The notes beneath the pieces were generated by a model. It was given only the letters and a program-made list of their open reading frames with translations. It searched no databases and was not told where the DNA came from. A stretch of 64,000 nucleotides of DNA, taken from IMG/VR virus record IMGVR_UViG_3300033145_001136, positions 1-64,000 of that record; one strand, 5' to 3'. This stretch comes from a virus. Numbering within the stretch: the first letter of the stretch is position 1; the number at the start of each line of letters is the position of its first letter. Made by a program: the position numbers and the translations under genes. Below, in pieces: positions 10,801-19,174 of the stretch.

Positions 10801-13800
10801 GTTTCTTAATAGGCGCGAGCATCAATTTGGAATACGCTGTATATTCCCGTACATTTAGTCTAGAGAAGAGCTTATTAAGCTGCGACAACAGTAAATCTTC
10901 ATCCATAAATATCCGGATGGCTCGTTCGTGAAATTGTTTACCACGCGTAGAAATCCCAACAAGCCCCAATATCCTACGTATTGTCCTTGCTGCCTGTCTT
11001 TGTTCTTCAGTTGTACGAAACAGCGACGTATTTGCAAATGCATCTTCTATCATTTTCTGAAACATCGAGGTGGCTGGATCTAATATACTAACAATGCTTC
11101 TACGTCGCATGGCCACAGGGGCCAGTTTCATTTCTGCTTCCAATAATTCTTTAGCTGACCGCAATCGCTTACGAGATAGACTAGTAGGTTCTATAATCTG
11201 CGCAACCATATGTTCTCTGCTAATTCGGCTAATATCAATTAAACTCTCGATTTCGGAAGCATCAAGTAATCTACTACTCATATCAAATATGGCAATGTTG
11301 TGCTTGCGCGCATACTCAAATATTTCTCTATCACTCATCCTTGCTAGTTGTGTTTCTGTCGGCAAGGTCTTTATTCGCCTATTAATAATCCGCAACATAG
11401 CGGCCTTACCATCTTCTGTAGACGAAATTTCTGAAAATAGGTTCTCGGCTCCCTCCCTTAATACTCGCGTATTAATTAACTCTGGATGTAAACGATCTTT
11501 TTGTATTTCCGCAAATGTTGCTTCCACCTTAGCTAACATAGTTCTTTTAATCTGCTTCTCTATGTCTCTACTTCCCAATTTTAATTTATTAAATGCGTCT
11601 CTGCTAATGCCACGCCCTATTGCTACCCGTTCGTCGCCTACTATTTCACCTATTTCATCCGCATAAAGAAGCAATTTCTTCATGTCGTCTGGGGCTACAT
11701 CGTCTTCAAATACCCTATATAATTTCTTTGTGAACCGCTCACGATCGGCCATGATTCTTTTAAGATTATCTTGTTCTATTTTAATGTCCGATTTTAGTTT
11801 CGCAACTGTGGCTTTAGTTGTACTATCTGGTGCATCCTGTATGTACCGAGCCATTTGTGCTTTAGTCTCAGCAATTGTTTCATTAATAAGCTGTATGTCC
11901 CTATCATGCGTAGCTAGTTGTATTATGTCATCTCGCAATGTTTGCCATTTAATTATGCGCTGGATTTCTGATCTACCCATAAGATCTTCTACAAAATCTT
12001 TCGGAGACAATTGTACAAGATTGTCCACCAACATCAATCGCGCTACGATCTCCTCGTCCAGAAGCTGGACTAGATTTGCCTCAATAGTCTTATCATTAAT
12101 GCGTCTCATGCCCGCAATAAGACGATTCTTCTCTATCCCATATGCCCTAGAATGCTCCTGGAAATTATCCAATATGCTGATATAGTAGTTATGTGGTGCG
12201 AATAATTCGTCCTCCAATAATAGTAGTAACGCCTGCTGCTGTCTGAATATGTCAGTACCGTCTTGTATTTTCGTCAACATACTTTGTGTATAATCAAGCA
12301 TCTTACCTTGTAAGGCCGGTTTATCTATTTTCTCCACATATGTACGAAGTGCCTTAATACGCTGATCTAGTTGTAAAACTATGCGCTGTTGTAAAAGTTG
12401 TAATTCACCAATGTCTTTAACAGGGATTAATTTACGTGCAATTAATTCATCCAAATCACCAACAATAGCCGTAGAATCTGCTGTTAGCTTAGCCCGTAAT
12501 TCAGTAATTTTACTAACGTCCGCTGTTTTTGCTATGTCGTCCAGTATAATCAAAACATCTGTTTTTAGTGTATCTAGTGTAACCGTACGAACTGCATTTA
12601 TCCGCTTAACAATTTCTGTACGTAACTCCCGCTCTTTCTTTAGGGCATTAAATTTTTTAAGTAGCTGTTCAACACCAGCAAAATCTTGCTTAGCATATGC
12701 ATATCGTATTTGCCTAGATAAACGATCTAGTTTATTAAAGTGTGGCTCAATTACCTCATCCACCAACCCTCGAAGATCTCCACGCGTAAGCAATTGGATA
12801 GATTTCTTCCATTTGCCGATATCTTGCTTCCATTTATCCTTTATCGCATCCATATTACGTAAAGCGTGCCATTGCACCATAGATGCACGGAATTTTTCAT
12901 ATGCTAATGCTGGCATGGTCTCCACAGCGATTGTTTCTGCAACCGGAATATCGACCCCGAGATCAATTAATGCCGCAACCGTATCCTTAAGCGATAATTT
13001 TGAACTAATATCATGCGATTGCGCCAAGCGATCGATAACACGTTTCTGCAACACATCCGTTACAACTACCTCACGCCGCATCGCCGAAAAATGTTCCAAA
13101 TCTACAAAACGGATGGCGCTCCGAAATTCTGCGAGATTTGTCGAAAGATCTGCCGCTAATGCCGATCTGAGCTCGAGCAATGAGATTTGCTCTAGGCCAC
13201 GAATCGTCGAAATCCCCGACCGCCCCGCCATCACCCGAATCTGAAAATCATCCAGCTCCGCCAATACGGCCTTCAGATCATCTACTCCCATCCGATTTAG
13301 TGCCGAGGTTCGCTGCGGCATAATGTCAAAGAAATCAAACCCACTATCTATAAGATCTTCAATATGTGCTTGCACCGCAATGTCTGGGACTGTTTTTAAA
13401 GCTCCTCGTAATTTCCCGAGTTTTATAAATCGCTCTGGTAGTTTTGTAATGCGCCAATCATACCACGCTTGTCTAAGTTTATTCTGTACTACGATCCGTT
13501 GTTCAGCTATGGCTTTTTCAAATGCGTAATCTTTGTGTAACCCTTGTGCTATCGCTAATTTATGTTCCATAAATGGGTCAAACTTGATGCGAATCTGTTT
13601 TGTTCTCGGCTCGTACTTCTTGACAAATACACCAGTTTCCTTATCATATACAGAATGTGGTTGTGCCCTCCAGTATTTGGTGGGCATAGTATTGGCGGTA
13701 CGATCAAGCACACGTGTAAATTCTAGCAAGTCTTGAGAAGTAGTTGCTTTCGGATCGACAATCGACATATCAACAATATCATAGATGTGTGAAGGCAAAT

Positions 13801-16800
13801 CTTTTGGCGAGTATTTATAAGCTGGTACAGGACGAAGCAACGCTATTTTCGGACGTCGCTCATATTTTGGTACAGGGCGCACATCACCAGACACTGCTGG
13901 TTCATATATTTCATCCAAAAGAAATCCGCTAATCTTTGCTTCTGCGCTCGCAAACCCCACCCCACGCTCTGAAAATCTTTCTATCAACCCAGTTCTGCTG
14001 CGGAATTTCGGATCTTTCAGGATTCGTGCGATACGTTCCTTATCCTTATCTGCCAAAAATAAATCATATACCAAATGCTGGTCATCTTTGCCAAGTATAG
14101 CCAATGCGCCAATATCAGGCGGATTCGTTGGCCCCAATACCAATAACCCATTTAACTGCTCAATTGGCATCTTGTTCAATTTTTGAATCGGAATTTCTGG
14201 ATAAGCCAAGCGCGCTTTCGCAAGTAAAAACTGATAACGATGCCCAGTCAAGTTTTTCGACCGTACAAATCCAACTCGTTTTGACAACTGCTCTTGAACT
14301 CGCGCATCTTCAGCAGTAAATATCAGGTCTGAAAACGCCAATATCTCATCCTGTACAGATTTATATGTATCTACAAGAACGTTGTCGATAGCTGTCCGAT
14401 ATTCATGAATCGCAATGTCTACTTCTTCTGGCGTAGCAAATGTACCCCCGTATGTAATTAGTGGCTGTGTTTTTCGCACAATCTCCGATTGAAGAACAAC
14501 AGACATTTTTGGAGTAGGCCTAATCCCTTCTCCAGGAACCGCATCGTAGAAAATGTCTGCGGATTCATAAAATTTTAGTGTACCATCTGAGAAAGGGCCA
14601 TGTTTCTTAGTAAGTATATCATCTTCTAAACGATATCTGTCTTTTCCAAGGATTGGTTCGTGACTATATCTATCCGGTATATAGTGTTCAAATTCTGTTT
14701 CGACAATCATTTTAACACCATGATTGATTTTATCACCATCATATGTTAGATACGGACTTCGCTCTATATCTGAATATTCCGTAGTAGCGCTCAACCGTTT
14801 CATAACTTGATCTAACTTATCTTCTGCTTCACGTACGTCTGCCCACGCAGCACCGCCAGTATCTCGTGCAATATTGGTTAACCTCTGCACCTCCTGATGT
14901 ATAGTCTGCATCTGGTCCCGTAATTCTTTTTCAATAATATAGCTTGGACCAGTACCAAAATTAAATTCCTGCCTCGCTACCACCTCTGCCTCATGCAACA
15001 TCTTACCAAATAAATCCGGATTCTGTCCTGGTTGCCGCTCAGCAAGTGCAGCAATTCTATAATCTACCCTGGGACCGGGGCCATCGTCAGGAAACATGAA
15101 GAATGCAGATTGCGCACCTTCCGGCAACACTGGAATCCCATATTTCTCTATCATGCTATAATGCATACCTAATGGCGCTGTGCTCTGGATTTCTGGTTTA
15201 CCCAAAATCGTAGTAACTAATTCATCAGCTATATTGCGCCATTCATATGGGACTCTGACTGTACGAACATCATCAGGGGCATACGCAATCACCATATAAG
15301 CTGGTCTAACTGCCTCTGCATTAGTACGTGGTGCTCGTACCCCATCCACAAACATATCCATAGGGCGATTAGCCATTTCGATGCTACGTTCTATCTCTAT
15401 AACTGCATCGTTAAGTATTTGCTTTGATCTGGCCTGTGCTTCAACCAATGGCCCTAACTGATGATCAACTATTCTGGCATAATCCATCTGTGGACCAAAT
15501 GGATCTGGCGATGCGCCGAGTAATTGTATTGCCTGATCTACCGCCTCTTTATATTCGGGCGTATGTGGCGCAAGTATGCTTATACGTTCCATTATCACAC
15601 CGACCTCATCTAAAACACTCGCTGCCTCCTCTCTACGTAGCCGTAGATCTGCTTGTAAAGCTTCTAATCGCGTCAATACAGTCTGTCTACGTAGCTCATT
15701 ACGCCCGGCAGAAACCTCGCGTAACCTGGCTGCGTCCGCAAATGCAGATACTGTTTCTATTGGAATGCCACGATATAGTTGGTATGAGTCCGATGCCTTA
15801 GTTACTAGTTTATTTATGTGACTACGTTCTGTCTGTGTCTCAGAGATTAGTCGTTTTGTATTGAGAATCTCTGAATTCACTATCCGCGATTTATCTTCTA
15901 TTGCAATCAACCTATTTTTATACCGCGCCATATCTCGTAATTCTGGCTGTGCTTCAAATTTTGCCAATATTTCTGCGCGCTCATTAATTAAGTTTGTTAG
16001 TTCGTCTTCTGCGCTAGCTAATTCGGTCTGTGCCAATTGTAATCGCGAATCAAGCGCTGCCCCCTGCTCTGTGATTTCGTCAAGATTGTCTTTAAGACGA
16101 GTGGCATCCTCTAACATTTGTACACCAGCAACTCGCTCCGATACCTCTTGTCTCTTATTAACGGTAGTTACAATTGTATCCCAAAAATCACGCTCTACTG
16201 CAGCGACTTCATGCTTAAGTTCCCATTCATCAAGCGCAATGTGTAATTCCTTTAACTTTATTGGATCTTTTTCAATTGCAATTTGGTGTTGTAGTTCAGT
16301 AATTTTCTCCGATGCTCTAATATAGATGTTTAGCGGCCCTGCCTCCGGATCTGTTAGCCTACTCTGTATTAGCTCCCGCGTAATTGGTGTATTGGTTGAC
16401 CTAGCCCTACGCACCATGTCCTTAAATACTACTTCTCGTTGATCAAGAAGTCGGTTTTCTAATTGACGCCATCGAATAAGTAATTCCTGCTTAACTTGTG
16501 GTCTTGTTTCTAATGCCATCGCTGCTTGTACGGTCTTAAATTCGTGATATGTGGGCCGCACCAAGGTTTCAAGACGATATCTTGCCTCTTCAAACAATCC
16601 TTCCATATGAATATCGTCTAATCTTCGATATTTAATTTCTAATCCCTCATCTGCCTCATTTATAATACGATTGAATCTATCTACTAAATAAGTATGTCGC
16701 TGAGCAATATGGTCATGTACACTAGGTACGGTCTCCCCACCAATGTTAAGCCTGCCTAATGGGCCATCCGGGATCTCATTAATCCATATGGATTCTGCAA

Positions 16801-19174
16801 GTGATACCTGGCGTGCCGCAGCTTCTGGAATAATACGAGTCCGTACCATCTTGTCATCAACATAATGTGCAAGGTGTAATTCTGGAATATAATCTATGTC
16901 CGATAATATCAATATCTGTTCATGAACCGGTATTTTCGTATCGCGTAGTTCCTTAGCCAATAATTCAGACACCACAATCTTCCCATGCCCCTCTACTTCA
17001 CGCAATATGCGCCATTCTTTATTGAATTGTATGCGCACAAGCCGTTCATACTCTTCCCGCGTAACGGCTCTCCATTCCTCTTTCTTCATCGGATCGAGTT
17101 TATATCCAAGATTTCTGAGCCGTCGCTGGATTTCTACCTGCCGTTTTTCAATCTTAACAAGCTGCCGTTCTTCAGGAACTGTTAAGTCAATCACGCCAAC
17201 CCGCAATTGCTCTCTAAATGGTTCTGCTTCTATGTCCAGATTTAAAAATTCGTTGTTCATGTCTGCAAGCACACCACGAAATGCATCCGGGTCGACCGGA
17301 AACATCTTAGCCCCTTCAACCTCTTCAAGTGCATTAAACGCCACATCTATTGCTTCTTGTGACTTAATAATTGATGCATAATAATGCCCATTTGCCATTG
17401 ATATCGACAAATCCGAAGCATCCGTGATAACGTCACGAACTTTTTTGAACTCTTCAAGTGTGATAACGTCTATTTCATAACGAAGCTGCATTAACATATG
17501 TTCAAGTTTGCTAATATATGTTGGTGATGTCGCCTTTGATAAAGCACGCTCAACCTTTACGATGTCTGTCTCAGTATCTGCTACCCGAGACGCCCATACT
17601 AGCATCATTTGTTTTGCATCTGCCTCTGGTAGGATCTTTGTATTGGCCTCCATAACTTTTTGCATCACTGCAGTTCTATCTCGCACTGATACAAACTGTG
17701 TTTTCAAATTATCAATTTTATCTGGTTCTACACCGGCACGTATCAGTAATTCTAAGTCGTGTAGTCTAGCATCTTTTGTAGTATATGTATGTTCTACAAC
17801 CATGATTTCTGGTTTATTATCGAAACGCCCAACGCCCAGCATATTTCCATGTGCGTGTGCGTGCCTATATGTAGATGGCTCACGCGCAGCAACATCCGCA
17901 AATGGGGCAATAGATACACGCCTATCCGCTGGACTTACTTTCTTATTTACTTCCAATTCTTCTATACGTGCGCTTAGTAGCGCACGTTCATTCTCTATTG
18001 CTTCTGATGCCATATCTGTAATGCGTGACGGATCTAGGCCAAATTCAGAAGCGATCCTATTCACATCTTTTTCTGCGACCAACTGCTCAAATAATTTTAA
18101 TCGTTTCTTAGTATTGCTCAATGCAGGTTCGTAATGTTTTGCCCCAAGTGCGATGATCTCATCTGTTGTTGATAAGTCGTCTATTCGATCACGTAACTGC
18201 GCAATGTGCAAGTTTAGAAATTCATTATTTACATCCACGGCTGCAATATTAAATTCTTGCAATTGTTGTCTGGCAAGTTTAAGTTGCCCCTTATCAAAAG
18301 CTTGCTCTTTTATAGCAACGACAGAATCCAGACGCTCTTGTAAAGCCCTACGCCAATCCTGTCTTATGCGCTCAATCGTGATATGTTGGAATGAAGCCCA
18401 TTTCGAAGTGTGTAACACCTGTACATGTTGTAATTTACCATAATCACGCGCCATTTTATATACCGTATCACTAAGATCCTGTACTGACGCATGTCCTTTC
18501 TTACCTCTAATTCTGTATGCAAGTTCAGTCTCCTCGTTCACCGCACCAAAAAAACGATCGTAGTTACCCTCGAGAAATGCCGTGTCCGCATCTTTAATAT
18601 ACTCGTATACATCATCATAGTGCCCGTTATCTGTAACAAAAGCAATTTTACTTCCCCTATACTCCATAATAAATCCAACGGGTTCGGCAACATCGTGAGA
18701 CACAACAATCGGCCTAACCACAAATTCATTATTAAGTGTAGGGATTTTTTCATATCCCTTCGTACCAGTCTTGCGAATCTTTCTGTATGGCCCCAGCCGT
18801 TCCGCCTGCTCAGGTTTTAAATTTATAAATGTCCCATCGGTAGCATGTACAATTGGCACACGTAAACCAGCTTCTGCATGGGCCTCCTGTATGCTAATAA
18901 TGCTACGGATATGATCGGAGTGTTCGTGTGTAACCCAAATGGCCTGGAGCTGTGATTCTACTATCTTTCCTCGTTCAAGCCGGATCACACCTTCTTGTTG
19001 AAGCTTACGTTTCAATACATTAGGAGAAATGCCCGCATCTATTAAAACATATCCTTCCCTTGGAATTCTAATTAACATAGCATTACCAGAAGAGGAAGAT
19101 CCCAGAGACCTAAATAAAATATGGGTATTCTTTAGCTCTTCCTTAGATACTATCCGACTTGGAGGACTAGGCAT
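4874..19174 (-). CDS. Giant 4766-aa MuF (SPP1 gp7-like) minor head protein with an N-terminal MBL-fold metallohydrolase
   Basis: Residues ~20-260 carry SLGSSSSGN, LIDAG, THEHSDH, SHD, TDNGH, LEGNYD, GHAS and LHTS (YycJ/WalJ-type MBL). Around residues 3820-3950 are LDGNTCQHCRSLAG...PAIPAHSQCRC and W......DQNDILGPSKAATLRSG (MuF signature). The gene lies directly downstream of the portal, the canonical MuF position. Confidence 0.8.
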   Translation of the reverse strand: MPSPPSRIVSKEELKNTHILFRSLGSSSSGNAMLIRIPREGYVLIDAGISPNVLKRKLQQEGVIRLERGKIVESQLQAIWVTHEHSDHIRSIISIQEAHAEAGLRVPIVHATDGTFINLKPEQAERLGPYRKIRKTGTKGYEKIPTLNNEFVVRPIVVSHDVAEPVGFIMEYRGSKIAFVTDNGHYDDVYEYIKDADTAFLEGNYDRFFGAVNEETELAYRIRGKKGHASVQDLSDTVYKMARDYGKLQHVQVLHTSKWASFQHITIERIRQDWRRALQERLDSVVAIKEQAFDKGQLKLARQQLQEFNIAAVDVNNEFLNLHIAQLRDRIDDLSTTDEIIALGAKHYEPALSNTKKRLKLFEQLVAEKDVNRIASEFGLDPSRITDMASEAIENERALLSARIEELEVNKKVSPADRRVSIAPFADVAAREPSTYRHAHAHGNMLGVGRFDNKPEIMVVEHTYTTKDARLHDLELLIRAGVEPDKIDNLKTQFVSVRDRTAVMQKVMEANTKILPEADAKQMMLVWASRVADTETDIVKVERALSKATSPTYISKLEHMLMQLRYEIDVITLEEFKKVRDVITDASDLSISMANGHYYASIIKSQEAIDVAFNALEEVEGAKMFPVDPDAFRGVLADMNNEFLNLDIEAEPFREQLRVGVIDLTVPEERQLVKIEKRQVEIQRRLRNLGYKLDPMKKEEWRAVTREEYERLVRIQFNKEWRILREVEGHGKIVVSELLAKELRDTKIPVHEQILILSDIDYIPELHLAHYVDDKMVRTRIIPEAAARQVSLAESIWINEIPDGPLGRLNIGGETVPSVHDHIAQRHTYLVDRFNRIINEADEGLEIKYRRLDDIHMEGLFEEARYRLETLVRPTYHEFKTVQAAMALETRPQVKQELLIRWRQLENRLLDQREVVFKDMVRRARSTNTPITRELIQSRLTDPEAGPLNIYIRASEKITELQHQIAIEKDPIKLKELHIALDEWELKHEVAAVERDFWDTIVTTVNKRQEVSERVAGVQMLEDATRLKDNLDEITEQGAALDSRLQLAQTELASAEDELTNLINERAEILAKFEAQPELRDMARYKNRLIAIEDKSRIVNSEILNTKRLISETQTERSHINKLVTKASDSYQLYRGIPIETVSAFADAARLREVSAGRNELRRQTVLTRLEALQADLRLRREEAASVLDEVGVIMERISILAPHTPEYKEAVDQAIQLLGASPDPFGPQMDYARIVDHQLGPLVEAQARSKQILNDAVIEIERSIEMANRPMDMFVDGVRAPRTNAEAVRPAYMVIAYAPDDVRTVRVPYEWRNIADELVTTILGKPEIQSTAPLGMHYSMIEKYGIPVLPEGAQSAFFMFPDDGPGPRVDYRIAALAERQPGQNPDLFGKMLHEAEVVARQEFNFGTGPSYIIEKELRDQMQTIHQEVQRLTNIARDTGGAAWADVREAEDKLDQVMKRLSATTEYSDIERSPYLTYDGDKINHGVKMIVETEFEHYIPDRYSHEPILGKDRYRLEDDILTKKHGPFSDGTLKFYESADIFYDAVPGEGIRPTPKMSVVLQSEIVRKTQPLITYGGTFATPEEVDIAIHEYRTAIDNVLVDTYKSVQDEILAFSDLIFTAEDARVQEQLSKRVGFVRSKNLTGHRYQFLLAKARLAYPEIPIQKLNKMPIEQLNGLLVLGPTNPPDIGALAILGKDDQHLVYDLFLADKDKERIARILKDPKFRSRTGLIERFSERGVGFASAEAKISGFLLDEIYEPAVSGDVRPVPKYERRPKIALLRPVPAYKYSPKDLPSHIYDIVDMSIVDPKATTSQDLLEFTRVLDRTANTMPTKYWRAQPHSVYDKETGVFVKKYEPRTKQIRIKFDPFMEHKLAIAQGLHKDYAFEKAIAEQRIVVQNKLRQAWYDWRITKLPERFIKLGKLRGALKTVPDIAVQAHIEDLIDSGFDFFDIMPQRTSALNRMGVDDLKAVLAELDDFQIRVMAGRSGISTIRGLEQISLLELRSALAADLSTNLAEFRSAIRFVDLEHFSAMRREVVVTDVLQKRVIDRLAQSHDISSKLSLKDTVAALIDLGVDIPVAETIAVETMPALAYEKFRASMVQWHALRNMDAIKDKWKQDIGKWKKSIQLLTRGDLRGLVDEVIEPHFNKLDRLSRQIRYAYAKQDFAGVEQLLKKFNALKKERELRTEIVKRINAVRTVTLDTLKTDVLIILDDIAKTADVSKITELRAKLTADSTAIVGDLDELIARKLIPVKDIGELQLLQQRIVLQLDQRIKALRTYVEKIDKPALQGKMLDYTQSMLTKIQDGTDIFRQQQALLLLLEDELFAPHNYYISILDNFQEHSRAYGIEKNRLIAGMRRINDKTIEANLVQLLDEEIVARLMLVDNLVQLSPKDFVEDLMGRSEIQRIIKWQTLRDDIIQLATHDRDIQLINETIAETKAQMARYIQDAPDSTTKATVAKLKSDIKIEQDNLKRIMADRERFTKKLYRVFEDDVAPDDMKKLLLYADEIGEIVGDERVAIGRGISRDAFNKLKLGSRDIEKQIKRTMLAKVEATFAEIQKDRLHPELINTRVLREGAENLFSEISSTEDGKAAMLRIINRRIKTLPTETQLARMSDREIFEYARKHNIAIFDMSSRLLDASEIESLIDISRISREHMVAQIIEPTSLSRKRLRSAKELLEAEMKLAPVAMRRRSIVSILDPATSMFQKMIEDAFANTSLFRTTEEQRQAARTIRRILGLVGISTRGKQFHERAIRIFMDEDLLLSQLNKLFSRLNVREYTAYSKLMLAPIKKLHGTVVSITRADKLLGDLIRLPEKDLKAWGLKLMRGELQLNLGPVKVKSLVTEQFVKTDAIGTFKLYLTEDGKLRVVHDIINAAGVQTHPTYRKSIIGGPRVLASLYKDGDWLVPKYLPGVRDSVGASALLRPTGWQFGFSENAFARITKAGMERGVRRIGLSVEGRAYISAIERVKKVQDIYKTVARPEQLQRARDIMTWVTKGDPYGYEVMLKVESKETLKKFIQTTKDPQTNERRMLSRVRGRINKLTKTEMIDIIMDEYPGADYAKEFYKVSKWRAVLTRNEEGKGLLDALENMDKVRREWVKSYQAQGVEADFVFRQTQHLVEPIKDPTMRRATASLNKQLDDLDFERGVQKMSNETMRKQYHMVREQLATAQAKYGKFVESSEHATILARLKEIRAMPSKQVNLIEYEKLIQRLQEVRGLESNIDRLSRRMTIVRDELYAAYPYEKYRELLTSSRARLDDELASLQHRMRTHEDIIKFLSRLQAPDNAVVDLKLFKFDDKLGEWVIDYETKSAPRAKAMWRMNPDMTLEQKLRQISVTAERRPELYDRVETQITRKMQQLAKLQEQLMSIQDDIAEEQVWIDKHYGKTRFRLTPDRIREIENKTAKLSKREAPILKQIKDLEHGIASGYNDLRELAPEQWWATWAKSIVDDVEHLTGISWTQWQIKGVNNIRYTKFSDIKVQTDTIKKFFNELNGMQSRLATIDAQIKLLEEEFISIEKHEAKFGLHTETDRRARIDELVRAREQAVLDYSLQKTRVADKETWLAIRMMYAINKLDEIVEPAWSSLVKLLRATLSPFTEAQIQAFVEFAELYGDAVYRDLRAIQAFDRLKKDVVDVLGGKLPRRWIAYDMPKIEPWSKRWVRATAKGIDGGITARMSGSVEDAMGRMYRAITKIHGQDVEALLPGIRLTVDPKLLEARVARINDYVNIAGLPVDTYWKNIEIQRGFSVLDMVDKLERDIKDGKAVTTAIDDLIRSFMDQEDGKVLVKGINPRMQAEILAKDISYAGANLALEDFYQQNNDVFEKVKRITILDGNTCQHCRSLAGKTYLLEEPRPAIPAHSQCRCLYVGILVSLHELRLIGLDTKQIDELSRIVPTYEPKKHRMKPIRIIGLEDLDRMYDEEERDKVSHQWLAWAIRKNPGDQNDILGPSKAATLRSGLFGGAEDRKNKLQKAGIAARIAGAMTKDYAIEYSKAWGRESLRTYAKQMLTRSVLRKLPFGPAVIPQVPNPFKIAQEMLMNPASRSRILERAGRSPASQTVEDVIRLAQASNVTNLKQRLLQTVTGLHKFGFGSKDVGFEKASKMFTDKYPDLPFTEEIYGNLVRYLEDNPPETAMHMALRDSGFDMARDVADDSGATSWVRAIMTPHPFDALAIAVAEQVPVIPAITLLEAESIIITNTGETLTGAKAIDRIYDYLKRVLGRTPNPDEIEDVIWNGTRSATTEGFKGQLTHKKAALDSGLAHKQQFRGWEEIMEQNEEARSYLVKISDGYVSGHEPSLEEISDQGLRMMLTHRRRALGTEGQIDLPVFGADYQSRALADVFDEQIDRLWHNMTPEAQARLFDELDPKFTELIGRRIGSILDETQIPVAENPELTRITNLPRYVAGKKHDITVAITDTGEMYGINEYTLTDMAIMAKAHEVEKYLERTRAIVGMNKPEVIDRLTRMATPEPATGWDKLPIGDLVQILRDRERSLYHEQIARIFSQSNKEKLAAELLAQKLPNISKARLGQAAGDWKVAQGKLPKAIRMSFVREGKPTLIKIRSPYEKIDYQYQELNKLSEPKLWNLLIDNGVPQDMIQGMNKQELRYMVRDFGRLKTELELELLSRGDNISFGMLQRVFRTSGINRIAVDALDREALWAKKLIKLRTPDRADQLVRGSLARDTNTVLHTQTIIEEVVRKYAESGQLTSRFDPKRILANVNKIIEDGHSHRQYGWIDKDIASTLVVDAATDSFYPEVVAYVQQTMAQVLREYM

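Noticed and set aside
4874-19174. Giant ORF as a virion RNA polymerase, DarB-like helicase/methylase or tape measure protein
   Set aside because: There is no DxDGD motif (only TYDGDK), no Walker/DExx or NPPY motifs that I could find, and no Ala/Gly-rich tape-measure repeats. The MuF motif and post-portal position fit better. A very divergent enzyme cannot be excluded without HMM or structure searches.
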